NCBI GenBank assembly: GCA_965112735.1
Contig: OZ218951.1
Span: forward strand, 1,984,001 to 2,048,000
Source of the DNA: Phaeosaccion multiseriatum
Taxonomy: Eukaryota > Protista > Ochrophyta, other classes
Direction of reading: 5' to 3'
DNA length: 64,000 nucleotides
Both the position numbers and the translations under genes were made by a program. The notes beneath the pieces are model-generated. The model ran no database searches, was not told the DNA's origin, and saw only the letters and a program-made list of their open reading frames with translations. Positions 11,727 through 22,586 of this stretch are shown here, in pieces; the first letter of the stretch is position 1, and each line of letters begins with the position of its first letter.

Positions 11727-14700
11727 CATCATCCTCATCATCCTCATCAGCAGCAGCAGCAGCAACAACCTCAGCCGGAGCAGAGGCGACGGCTCACCAC
11801 CCTCCCGACCCGTGCGCCACTCCCATCCTCGCCATCACGCCAAAGCGAAGCGGTCACGCGCACCGCCTCGTTCGCCTGGCCCTCCGCCTCCATGAGGAGA
11901 GGAGCGCAGACATCGTGATCGGGGTGGACAACGGAAGCCCTCCCCTCCCCGCGGCGTATTCCGTGCGTACTCAGCTTGTGGATGTGCTCCACGAGCTCCT
12001 GCACGCGACGATGGCAGTGGACGGAAGCGAAGGCGCATGGCATCGTCGGTGTCTGTTGGAAGAGATGCATTTCGACGTGTTGGGTGTCTCTCCACAGGAG
12101 TGGCGAATGGAATCTATGACCAAGAATCCAGAATACTATCACGATTGTAAGTGACAAAACATGAGCTGAGGATGGTCACGTCGCTCTACTATGGTCACCT
12201 CGCTGTACTGCTCCCTTGGACCGCCCTTCTTTGTTTCGCTTTGCTTGCTTGTGCCCTCCTACTTATGTTCCCTCTGTCTTGCTGCCACGCTCATTTGTAA
12301 GATCCGATTTGCGTGCCTGCTTCCACCCCTCTGCTTTCCTTTCATCCCCCCCCCTCCCTCCCTTATCCTCCCTCCCTCCCTCCCTCCCTCCCTCTCTCCC
12401 TCCCTCCCTCCCTCCCTCCCTCCCTCCCTCCCTCCCTCCCTCCCTCCCTCCCTCCCTCCCTCCCTCCCTCCCTCCCTTGCCTGTATTTCTGTCTGGTTCG
12501 CAGTGGCGTCACGCCTGTGGGCTCATCTGGAGATGCCCTTCCGTTGCATCCCGACACGTGTCGAGGCGGTCGAGGAGGCGAAGCTCGGCGACGAGGACGG
12601 AGAGGACAGCAGAGACGACCGTAGACACGAGGGGCGCACCGAGGCTCTGAAGGAGATTGAGAAGCTGAGTAGGGTAGTGGGTGACATCTTGGCAGGCCTA
12701 GAGCACAGTCGACCGCTTCTCACCCTACCATCAACACCAGCAGGGAAGTGCTCGAAGGAGGAGGAGGAGGAGGAGGACAACAGAGCCGTACGCGAGGCCT
12801 TCCCTGCGTGGAGGCGAGGCGGCAACACCTTCTTCTTCTCGGCAAACTCCCTGCTGGAGGTGCCCAACACATCGCCGTGCGTCAATGGGGTATTCACTCG
12901 CCGGTCGGACTTTGTCCATTGCATGCTCCAGACGATGCTTGGGAGGACTGTGCTGATGTGTCCTGCCATGGCGGTGACGCACTCCCGCGACCGCTGGGAA
13001 GACTGCGACATGAGCACAAGGGAGGGAATCGGGGAGAAGGGGGAGGGGGAGGAAGGGGAGGGCGCGGAGGCGGAAGAGGAGGAGGGGAAGGAAGGAGAAG
13101 ATCAGCACGACGATGACGAGGCGGGGAAGGATGAGGATGAGGTGCGCCGCCTCGAGATGATGGAGCAGGTGAAGAAGGACCATCTCGGGTCGGCGGTGTA
13201 TCGCGCACTGGAGAAGGTCATTGCTCTCGCGCTGAAGGAGGAGGTTAGTGCACCCCCCAACACGAAGGAGGAGGAGGAGGAGGAGGAGGAGGAGGAGGAG
13301 GAGAAGGAGGAGGGGCCGGACAATGTCGGGGCCGTGGGTGTAGAGGCTGCCATTGCGTTCTTCTCCACCAGCAACAGCAAGAGAGTAGAGCTCTTCCGGC
13401 GCTGCTTCCGTGAATGCCTTCACAGCAGGGCGGCGGCCTTTGAGGAGTCCGTGCTGCGCATTCACGGCCTCACGCACAGCATAGACAACGTGCTCTCTCG
13501 CTGTCCGTCGTCGCCGTCCTCCTCCTCCCCCCCCTCCTCCTCCTCCCCCTCCTCCTCCTCCCCCTCCTCCTCCTCCTCCTCCTCCTCCTCATCATCATCA
13601 TCATCATCATCATCGGCATCAACATCAACATCAACATCAGCATCTGCTTGCCGTTGGTGGGTTGGCACACCGGAGGCCTCATCTCTCTCTGTGGCGATGG
13701 AGAGGATTCGTCGCCTCTTCCATCGACCGGGCCAGCACCACTACTTCCAGCTCGTCGTGGGCACCAGTGACCTCGGGGAGAGCGTGCGGGAGGAGTCGGG
13801 GGTCAGGGGCGTGGAGGACCAGGTGGTGCAATGGCTGACGAAGGAGCTGCCTGACCAGCTTCGGCAGAGGCACGATGGAAGCCGGTTGGAAGGCTTGGCA
13901 GGAGTAGACGAGCGATACAGAGACGCGCGGGCGGTGCTGGCGATGGCGTGCCCAGGCGAGTGGGAGGTGGTGGGTCGAGGGGACGAAGGAGTCACGTTTC
14001 TGCGGCAGCACCACCACCAACAGGGGAAGGTGAAGGTGAAGGTGCTCGACCGGTTCAACGAGAGAGCCACAGCGGAGCAAAGACGCTTCGTCCTGAAGGA
14101 GCTGCCCCTTATGCTCTCCACTGACAAGCCCTCACTGCATTTCCCTCACATTCTGAATGTGCTTCAGGTGCCATCGCCGAGGTTTGATGGTGGCAGTGAG
14201 GAAGGGGGCGTTGCGGTAGTGCCTGGTGGCAGTGAGGAAGGGGGCGTTGCTGCAGTGCTACCGCCGTGCATGATGATGCAGTGGCAGGAAGGGGAGACCT
14301 TCGGCGAGGTTGGAGGTCTTCTCTCCTCTCTCTCAGACAGAGAGCAGACGGAGGTGCTCCTCTCGTTTGTCGACGAGTGCGAGCAATTGGGTCTCGTGTG
14401 CAGGAACGTACATCCCAAGAACATGCTCTTCCGTGGCGGGGAGGAGGAGGAGGAGGAGGCGGAGGAGGAGGTGAAGGGGGTTGGAGGGGGGAAGGGAGAG
14501 GGAGGCGGAGGAGGGGCAGCAGTGGCAGAAGCACCAGCAGCACCAGCAGCAGGAAGAGGAGAAGGAGCAGAGATCCCAAAGAGGAGGAGGGGGAGGCTGC
14601 TATTCTTTGATGTCGGCCTCGACATGATGCCATGGAGCGAGAAGGAGGCCATCGCGATGGTGAAGAAGCTCGTGCTGTCCTTCCATCATACCATCAGCAA

Positions 14701-15311
14701 TCAATGTGGTGATAGGAAGACGGGCGACGGTGATGGTCTGACGGAACTGCTGAGTGCAGCGGTGCGCTCGCCTTGGCATGCAGGAGAGGCGAGGGGGCTG
14801 TTTGGTCTTCGTGCGCAGCTGGGAAAGCGTGGTATCGCCGTCGTCGGAAGCGAGCTGAGACAGTGGATCATGGATTGGGGCGGAGGCCGCGGAAGTGGTG
14901 CAAGCCCCGCTACTGGAGGAGGAGGAGAAGGAGGAAGCGGAAGAGGAGGAGGAGGAGGAGGAGGAGGAGGAGGAGGAGGAGGAGGAGGAGGAGGAGGAGG
15001 GGAAGAAGAAGAAGAAGAAGAAGGAGGAGGAGGAGGAGAGCGAGGAGGAGAGGGAGGAGGAAGCGGAGGGGGAGGCGGAGGAAGCGGAGGAGGAGGAGGA
15101 GGCGGAGGAAGCGGAGGCGGAGGGGGAGGCGGAGGAAGCGGAGGAGGAGGGGGAGGAGGATGCGGACGTGAAGGAGGAGTGCTCCCCTGCACCCCTCCCG
15201 CCGCCAGAAGACGCAAGAAGGTGGCGGTCATCGGAGGGGCGAGCTGCGACGATGCGACGCGCCAAATGAGTGAGCAGGTCAGTCGGTCAGTCCGTCAGAC
15301 AGAGTATGTAC

Positions 15312-15353
<42 letters not shown>

Positions 15354-15612
15354 GTTCAAGAAAAAGATGCGGACGAGAAGGTGTGGCCCGCTGAGCAGCT
15401 CGTCAGGAACGTGCATGCAGTCCACCCCCACCTTGCTTCTCTACATCAGTCACAAGCAATCCCCCTGCTGGACGCCTGCCGTAGGGTCCAGGAAGACAAG
15501 CAAACGATGGTTTCATGAGCATGTGCACTAGCCAACTCATGTCGTAGCTTGCTACCCCTCCCACCTCCCACCCCCCCGCTCTGCCTGCCTGCCTGTCTGC
15601 CTGCCTGCCTGT

Positions 15613-15654
<42 letters not shown>

Positions 15655-16789
15655 ACCTGCCTGCCTACCTGTCTGTCTGCCTGCCTGCCTGCCTATCTGG
15701 TCGGGCCTCGCTTCGCTCTGCACTGCAGCTGGGCTTTGCTTTGGCTGGTGCGGGCTTCGACGTCCAGACGGGAGGTCTCGGCGGGGTCATGAAGGGAGCG
15801 TGTCGTGGTGTGCAGCGCTGGAGGAGGGAGCACTGGCGCTCCACATTGGCCGCCTCTAACGACCCGTGCGCAGTTCCTCCACTCGCCATTGGAATCCTCC
15901 CCGGGGCGTGGAGTGGCGATGCCAACAGTTACGTAGACGTCGGTAAGTCGTGGAGGGGAGGGGAGGAGGAGGGGAGGAGGAGGGGAGGAGGAGGGGAGGG
16001 GGGGTCGCTCGGGAGGAGGGGACAGGGTCAAGAGCCAGCAGGGGAGGGGGGAACAGCACAAGTAGGGAGGGGGGCGAGGTCAAAACGGTTTGGGAGGGAG
16101 GAAGGAAGGACGGTTTGGGGGGCTACGTCTGCCCAATTCTTCGTCGCTCGATGTTTGTGTAGTTGCCGCCGCCCTTTTAGTATTGGTACGCACCCGCTAT
16201 TTTTCGCTCGCTCGCTCCTCCCCCCCCCCCCCCTCGCCCGGCTTTCCTTTGCGCTGACCAAAGGCCCGTCTGCCTCACTTCCTCCTGCCTCGGTCCCTCC
16301 TGCCTCCGCTCCTCAGTGGTGCCCACCGACATGCAGCACGTGCTGAGTGTGCTGGTGTGCCAGGACGCTTACGCCGTGGTGGCTGTAGGCGGCGGTGCAG
16401 GCACAGTTACAGAGATTGCCATCGCTTGGAACCTGAGGCGGCTCCTCCTCGCCTGGCGTGGACCCCATCCGACTCCGAGTTCGTCGTCTTCTTTGGCCTC
16501 TCCTTCGCCGCTCCAACAGAACGACGGAGAGAAGCAACAACAGCACGGTCCCTCCGCAGCAGCGGAGTCTGTGGGCCTGGTCGAGCCTCCCCCTCCCCCT
16601 CCCACGGCAGGTCAGAGGTTTGCAGGCGAGAGAGTGGACCACAGACGCCGGGTGAGGGATGCGGACGGCTCCTACGGCTGCTTGCATGCGGATGATCGAG
16701 TTTTCCCCTTTGATTGCGCCGCCGAGGCTATATCGATCATCAAAGACAAGGGCCCCTCGTACGATAAGGCTGCGAAGCGAATCGCGTGA
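4231..16789 (+). CDS. ~3,288-aa multi-enzyme fusion: Asn-synthetase-like amidotransferase + arylamine N-acetyltransferase + GT2 + second GT-A-like domain + kinase-like + SLOG/TIGR00725 domain; 9 exons
   Basis: Exons 4231-4480, 4917-5905, 6174-9698, 9951-10031, 10244-11240, 11583-12146, 12504-15277, 15729-15942, 16317-16789 (9,867 nt, all GT-AG, in frame). Motifs: MCGI, NGEIYN, RDPLGIKPL, SGGIDS, GEGADELFAGY, RVPYLD; GGPCVVLN/H/CDVG; IIATCNR, IVDD, ILDDDDEW, GGFDE..CTDRDL; WVLDDD; GRGDEG, CRNVHPKN, FDVG; VIGG, TGGLGGVM, GILPG, GGGAGTVTE. Confidence 0.88.
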
Positions 16790-17183
16790 GCAGGCAGGGC
16801 GGTCGGATATCACAGGCCCAAGAGAGAGAGAGACTGGGACAGAAGAGGTGGGGAGCCCCACTCGCGTGCCTGCCACTCTTACATCACTTTTATAGATTGA
16901 TAAATTAAAATCGCCACGACAGTTCTTCCACAAAGTGGGAAAGGAAAATGTCAGGGGGATGGCCACCCTGATGCTTGACATCACACGGACGGACGCTAAC
17001 GACACGAACGAAGAGGGCGAAAGCATCAAAGGAAGCATTAGTGGCATGCACGAGGGCGGAGGAGGAAAAAAGGGGGAGGGAGGAATGGGGGTATTAACCC
17101 GTAAGTCAATGAATCCGGGCCGGGCGGGGCCCCCCATCGATCCCCCATCTCCCATTAGCTTTTGGCTTCACAGGACGTCGATC

Positions 17184-18072
17184 ATGTTGAGGACTCTGGG
17201 AGTGGGGACGACCGCTGCGCTAAGAAGAGTAGGTGCGAAGAGCACGAGGGAAGGGCTATCACGTACCGCAGCAGGAGCCGCTGTTCCACACGTCAACGCT
17301 GGATCAGGAGCAGCAGGGGCTTTCGGACAATGTCACTCTTGCGGGGGCAGGAGAGGGATGATGATGGCGGCAGCGGCGAAGGGAGGGAAGCCGGCGGCAG
17401 CGGAGAAGGGAGGCAAGCCGTCGGCTGGTATGGGGCTGGACGATGAGGAGGAGGCGGTGACCACCTTCCCTCTCAACTTCCTCAAGGAAGGAAAGGACCC
17501 GGCCATCTTGCCCGACGATGAATACCCCGAGTGGCTGGCAGACTTGGAGGTGAGTGAGTGAGCGAGGGAGACAGGTCGGGGAGCCGGGAGGGAGGAAGTG
17601 GATCGGAGGGGGCGGATCAAATTCCAGGAGCTGGATTCCGAGAGCTCAGGGAAAGAGCGCACTGTGCCACCATCTCAAGGGTGCTGGGGCGGAGGGGTTG
17701 CAGCAAACCCAGACGAGTGGAGAGCTAAGACCGGTGCCACATTTTGAAGTGAAAGAATGCCTGCACAGCAAAGTTTGGTTATCGGAAAGTGCCTCCGAAA
17801 GACACGAGTGAGAGGGGGGAAGACGTTGGAAGGAGGGCGCTCAGCTCGCAGACCCTGGCCCTCGTGCTATTATCCTAATTTCCTCATCCGCCCTTCGCTG
17901 CTGTGCTTCCGTCCTCCTCCTCTACCTTCCAATCCATCCTCTAAAGGCCCCGTCCCTGAAGCAGCTCAGGAAGAAACCAATCGAGACCCTGGACAAGAGG
18001 GAGGTTAAGAGAAGGCTGAAGCTCGTGAATAGGAAAAAAATCAAGCAGCAGAACATCGAGGCCAAGACGTGA
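17184..18072 (+). CDS. MRPL54: mitochondrial ribosomal protein mL54 (yeast MRPL37 family), 2 exons
   Basis: Exons 17184-17549 and 17947-18072; Arg/Ala-rich presequence; LNFLKEGKDPAILPDDEYPEWL motif followed by basic helix KRRLKLVNRKKIKQQN. Confidence 0.85.
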
Positions 18073-18809
18073 TAATTGAAAGCATGAGTACATTCTTAAA
18101 ACAAACAAAATTAAAAAGGATAAATGTCGGTCTCCCCGGGCGGGCGATCTGCCTGCTGTCTTCTTATGCCTGACTGACTCAGGGCCTTGTCCTCCTGCGG
18201 GCTGCCTCTCCGCACGGCCCTACCCCTCCTCAGTAGCGCAGCAGGCTACACGGGCGGCCCTGTGGACGGCAATATTACGTGCTCCAGTGAGAGAGGCACC
18301 ACACTTAAGTCCCAAAGGTGAGAACCACATGGAATGGGTGGCTCAGCTTGACGCGCTGTAGCGGGCCCGAAGAGCGCTCCCGCTTCGTGTTCACGAAAAT
18401 CATTGTAGCTATGCCGCTGAGCAGCGCGGAGGCAGTCGGAGGGGACAGTCAGCAGAGCAGGCCCAAGGCGCGAAAGCAGCATCAGGGCTGCACGCGATCC
18501 TCTTTGCAGAGCAGTGTGCCGTCGTAGCTTCTTCCTCCGCCATGCGCCCAGCCTGTGCGTCATCGCCACCAGCACGCGTGGGGCCCAGCGCTTCCTACCC
18601 AGTGTGCAAAGGAACCTCGTCCGCTGCCCTCCTGTTGCCTAGACCACCTCCCCCCGGACCACCTCTGGCCATGCCCATACACCTGCAAATGCAAGGGGGG
18701 GGGTCCAAAAGGGCTCCAGAGGGGTGCGTTTCTTCGTTTTTCTCAGCCTTGCTCACAACCACAGTTGCCTCAGGCCTCGCTACTGCCGCAAGACTACCAA
18801 CAAAGCACC

Positions 18810-19513
18810 ATGACTCGCGTCATCCTCACTCTCTTCGCCCTGCTCTTCGTGGCAGTTCTCTCCGGCGCCGCCGAAGTCCCCGACACCATCAAGGACAAGC
18901 CGGCCCGCAAGCTGTAAGTTCAAGGATCGGATCTTTCGTGCTTGTGCCCGTGCACGTCCTCTACACTCGCTCCGCTCTCCTCTTCTCGGCTCTCGCACAC
19001 CTCTTCTCTGCCTCACGCTCCGCTCGACTTATGTTGTACGCTCGCTTTTGCCCCTGCCGCCTCCGTTCCGCCCTTCGTCCCTCCCCCGTCGCTCTTCACC
19101 TTCACTCCGGGCGCCGCTCCGCTACAGGAGCTACGGCTCTCGAGGCGAAGGCCACCAGAGGGGACGCAAACTGTAAGTGACGTCTCCCTACATCGCTCAC
19201 ACCTGCTTACTGTCTGTCTCTCACCGTCTTTCCCTTTCCACTCCGCGCTCCTCATCTACTCGGATCCAATTGACTCCGCCGCCATCGACCCGGATCATGT
19301 GCGCCCCCCCCCGCTCAACTTCTTTACCCTGGCGATAACAGCTACCACTGGGGCGGATGGGGCGGATGGGGCGGATGGGGCAAGTGGGGCAAGTGGGGCA
19401 AGTGGGGAGGGTGAGTGCTGGTGGGGCAAGTGGGGACTGAGTATATACTTCCACACTATAGTCTCACATCTGTCCTCCTCCCTTCACCTCCTCCTTCGCG
19501 CTGCAGCTGGTGA
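18810..19513 (+). CDS. secreted RKL-motif precursor of a Trp/Gly-rich peptide (74 aa), copy 1, 4 exons
   Basis: Exons 18810-18913, 19128-19172, 19342-19410, 19507-19513 give MTRVILTLFALLFVAVLSGAAEVPDTIKDKPARKL-SYGSRGEGHQRGRKL-YHWGGWGGWGGWGKWGKWGKWGGW*; strong gtaagt/gtgagt donors, all phase 2. Confidence 0.8.
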
Positions 19514-20887
19514 GCGATGTCCATCTTCCGGATGGGTCTAGCTACCTCCGCCCCCGCCCATCGTTCGCGTCCGCGCTGCTCTGATGGCAAGCACCTTCAC
19601 CACCAGCAGGTGCTCGGTGCTCCGGAGCTTTCGACAACAAGCTTCGTGTGACCATAGGCAGAGAGAAAGGAGCCTTATTTATTTGATATCGTATTTGCAT
19701 TAATTCAGTCTCGCAACTTAAGATCCTTCTCAGAGCGATGTCTCGGCCTCGACATGTGTGTGCTCCTTGAGATGCTAAGGTCAAGCAGCACGCTGATGGG
19801 TTGAGTGCTGCCCCCTCAAAACAATCCCAAGACGGCGGCGCAGTCTTTTCTCACTCCACACCCCAAAGACTAGCTAGCCAGAACAGACTGCCGATCCATG
19901 TCTAGCTATGAGGCAAGAAGGAAGCGAGAGTAAAAGGCAGCGGGAGGGAGAGAGAGAGACTGGGAGGGAGAGCGGGATAGATATCTCCGCTCCTTGTGCT
20001 GCTGCCCTTCTCAACGCCTCCGCGCTCTTCGACAAGGTAGCTAACGGCGCTGAGGGGAGTTGTAATCCAATCCAATGCTGAAGTCAATGGGAGTGAGTGT
20101 GGTACAGGAGCCCTTCCTTTCCTCGTGCTGCCTCTCTCTACAAGTGAGCACCCGCTGCAGCAGCGAAGGCATAGAAAGCTTCTTGTAGTCATCGGTCACT
20201 CTGCCTGTCACGGGTCCTCCCCGCTCTCTGGTATGTTTAGCCATGGAGGCCTCAGAAGGCATTGGGTTTGGTGATCCGATTCACAGATCCCGATCGCAGG
20301 AGGGGGAAGTTCCGTTGCTTGGGGCGAGGGGGCAGCGGTAGCAAGACTGTATTGAGTGCGGACAGACGCGACCGCGCAGCTACTGCCTAGATGACCGGTG
20401 CCTGCCTTTTGCCTCCACACGAGCACGACCCCCGCCTAGGACCTGGCGTTCACCTTTTATCATTGTGTGTTTAGCAGGGCAGTACCCTTCTAAGTAATGC
20501 CCCACCCTGGAAGCCCTCGGCCTCGATCCATTGGGACTACACTCTCCCCCCTTCAAACGAATTGACCTTCCCTTTCCCCCCCCCCTCAAGCTATACACTA
20601 TATCCATTCTTGGTCCCGTACGCTACACACTTGACTTCCCCCCCCCCCCCGGACCCCCTACCTCCTGTGCTCCGCTCCTCTCTGCGACAGACGATCGCAA
20701 TCACTTCACCGCTCTTACGCCAAGCCAGTGTGCCGTGGACTGTCTCTCTCTCTCATCGCATCCTGAGTACAGGCTCACTCGCATGGGCGGCATGACTGGT
20801 GCAAGTGAGCAGCTGGAGTGGTACTCTTTCGTTGCCAAAGTCGTCGCTGCCCTACCAGCCCCCACCCCGCACATCCCTCCTGCTCGC

Positions 20888-22586
20888 TCAGCCCATCTCC
20901 TCCGCCATGCTCTCCCACGTCTCGCTCTGCACCCGCCCGGGCCTCTCCAGCGGCAGGATTCCGCTCTCCTTGCCGAAGGTCTTATCCGTCCTTCGCATGA
21001 GGTCCAGCGCGGTTTGGGACCGGAAGAAGGCTGCTGCCGCCTCCGTAAGTCGCTGCTCGATGTCCCGGCCGAGCTGCCACCGCCGGGCCTCAGCCAAGGC
21101 CTTGTCCACCGAAGCACCGGCCGAGAGGAGCTGCCGCACAATGCTGTGATGATCACTGCAGATAGCGGCAGCCAGCGGGGAACAAGGGATGTCGACTCTT
21201 GAGGCATCCATGGGGGCTCCCGCAGAGATGAGACGAGCGACGACGGCCTCGTGCCCACCCTCCGCGGCAAGAAGGAGGGGTGTTGCGCCAGTGTTGGCCT
21301 CTTTGTCCACACGCGCTCCCGCACAGAGAAGCTTCTCCACCACGGCGTCGTGTCCATGTTGACAGGCAAAGTGAAGAGCAGTGTAACCTTTGGGTTCAGC
21401 CTTGTCGATCGGGGATCCCGCAGAGATGAGACGAGCGACGACGGCCTCGTGCCCATTCTTCGCGGCAAGAAGGAGGGGCGTCGCGCCATTGTTGGCCTCT
21501 TTGTCCACACGTGCTCCCGCAGAGAGAAGCTTCTCCACCACGGCGTCGTCTCCACGTTGAGAGGCCATGTGAAGAGCAGTGAAACCTTTGGGGTCAGCCT
21601 TGTCGATGGGTGACCCCGCAGAGATGAGACGAGCGACGACGGCCTCGTGCCCACCCTCCGCGGCAAGGATGAGGGGTGTTGCGCCAGTGTTGGTCTCTTT
21701 GTCCACACGTGCTCCCGCAGAGAGAAGCTTCTCCACCACGGAGTCGTGCCCTTCCTGACAGGCAAAGTGAAGAGCAGTGAAACCTTCGGGGTCAGCCTTG
21801 TCGATGATGGCGTGAGCCCTGATGAGCTGCTGTACAATGCCCGCATGTCCATTGAACGATGCCTGCAGAAGCGGAGTAGCCCCGAGATTATCTGCGTGGT
21901 TCACATCCGCTTGGGCTGAGATGAGGAGCCTTACAACAGAGCCATGCCCGTTCTGAGCGGCCATCCAAATCGGAGAAAACCCCTGCTTCTCCGCCAAGTC
22001 GACACTAGCACGCGCCGAGAGCAGCTGCTGCACTATCGTGGAGTGCCCCTCATCTGAGGCTGCAATCAAGGGAGTAGCTCCTGCGTCATTCGCTTCGTCG
22101 ACAGGGGCTCCAATGTCCAACAGCCGCCTCACCACCTGATCGTGTCCGTTGCAGACAGCGCCTATCAACGGCGTGTCTCCACAGGGCCCCCCTCTGGTTC
22201 TGAAGGAGGCCCCTTCCCGCAGCACAAGGTCCACGACATCCAGCCGACCGTATCTTGAAGCGCAGAGTGCAGACGAATCGCCCTCTTCATTGATAGGCTC
22301 ATCCAAACGCGCTTTGCCGTGCTTGGCGATGAGCTTCACAATCAGCGCTCTCACAGTGAGGAAGCTATCTCCTCTTTCCAGAGCCTGCCCGAGTCGCCGC
22401 GCCTGGGGTTGAGGGAAACGAGTTTAGGGGGGAGAGGCGGAAAAACTGGAAAAAAAGGGATAATGAAGAGAAAAAGTATAAGGACCCCTCTCTTTGATTT
22501 GTTTTTCTAGAGGACACCATCTTATAGGAGGCAGGACGCTGATGCTACATCCGTACCTCCTGCGTCAAAGTTGCCTGCTGCGCCAT
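20888..22586 (-). CDS. ankyrin-repeat protein, 12 repeats, 514 aa (array copy 1)
   Basis: 30-nt exon 22586-22557 (MAQQATLTQE) spliced to 22402-20888; canonical G-x-T-P/A-L-x-x-A-x-x-x-G-H 33-aa repeats. Confidence 0.9.

Noticed and set aside
19902-20262. Short minus-strand ORFs conserved in the duplicate (31292-31607)
   Set aside because: The copies differ by frameshifting indels and no domain is recognisable; similarity reflects recent duplication.
20531-21852. Long alternative-frame and antisense ORFs over the ankyrin genes (also at 32-40 kb)
   Set aside because: By-products of GC-rich repetitive coding sequence.
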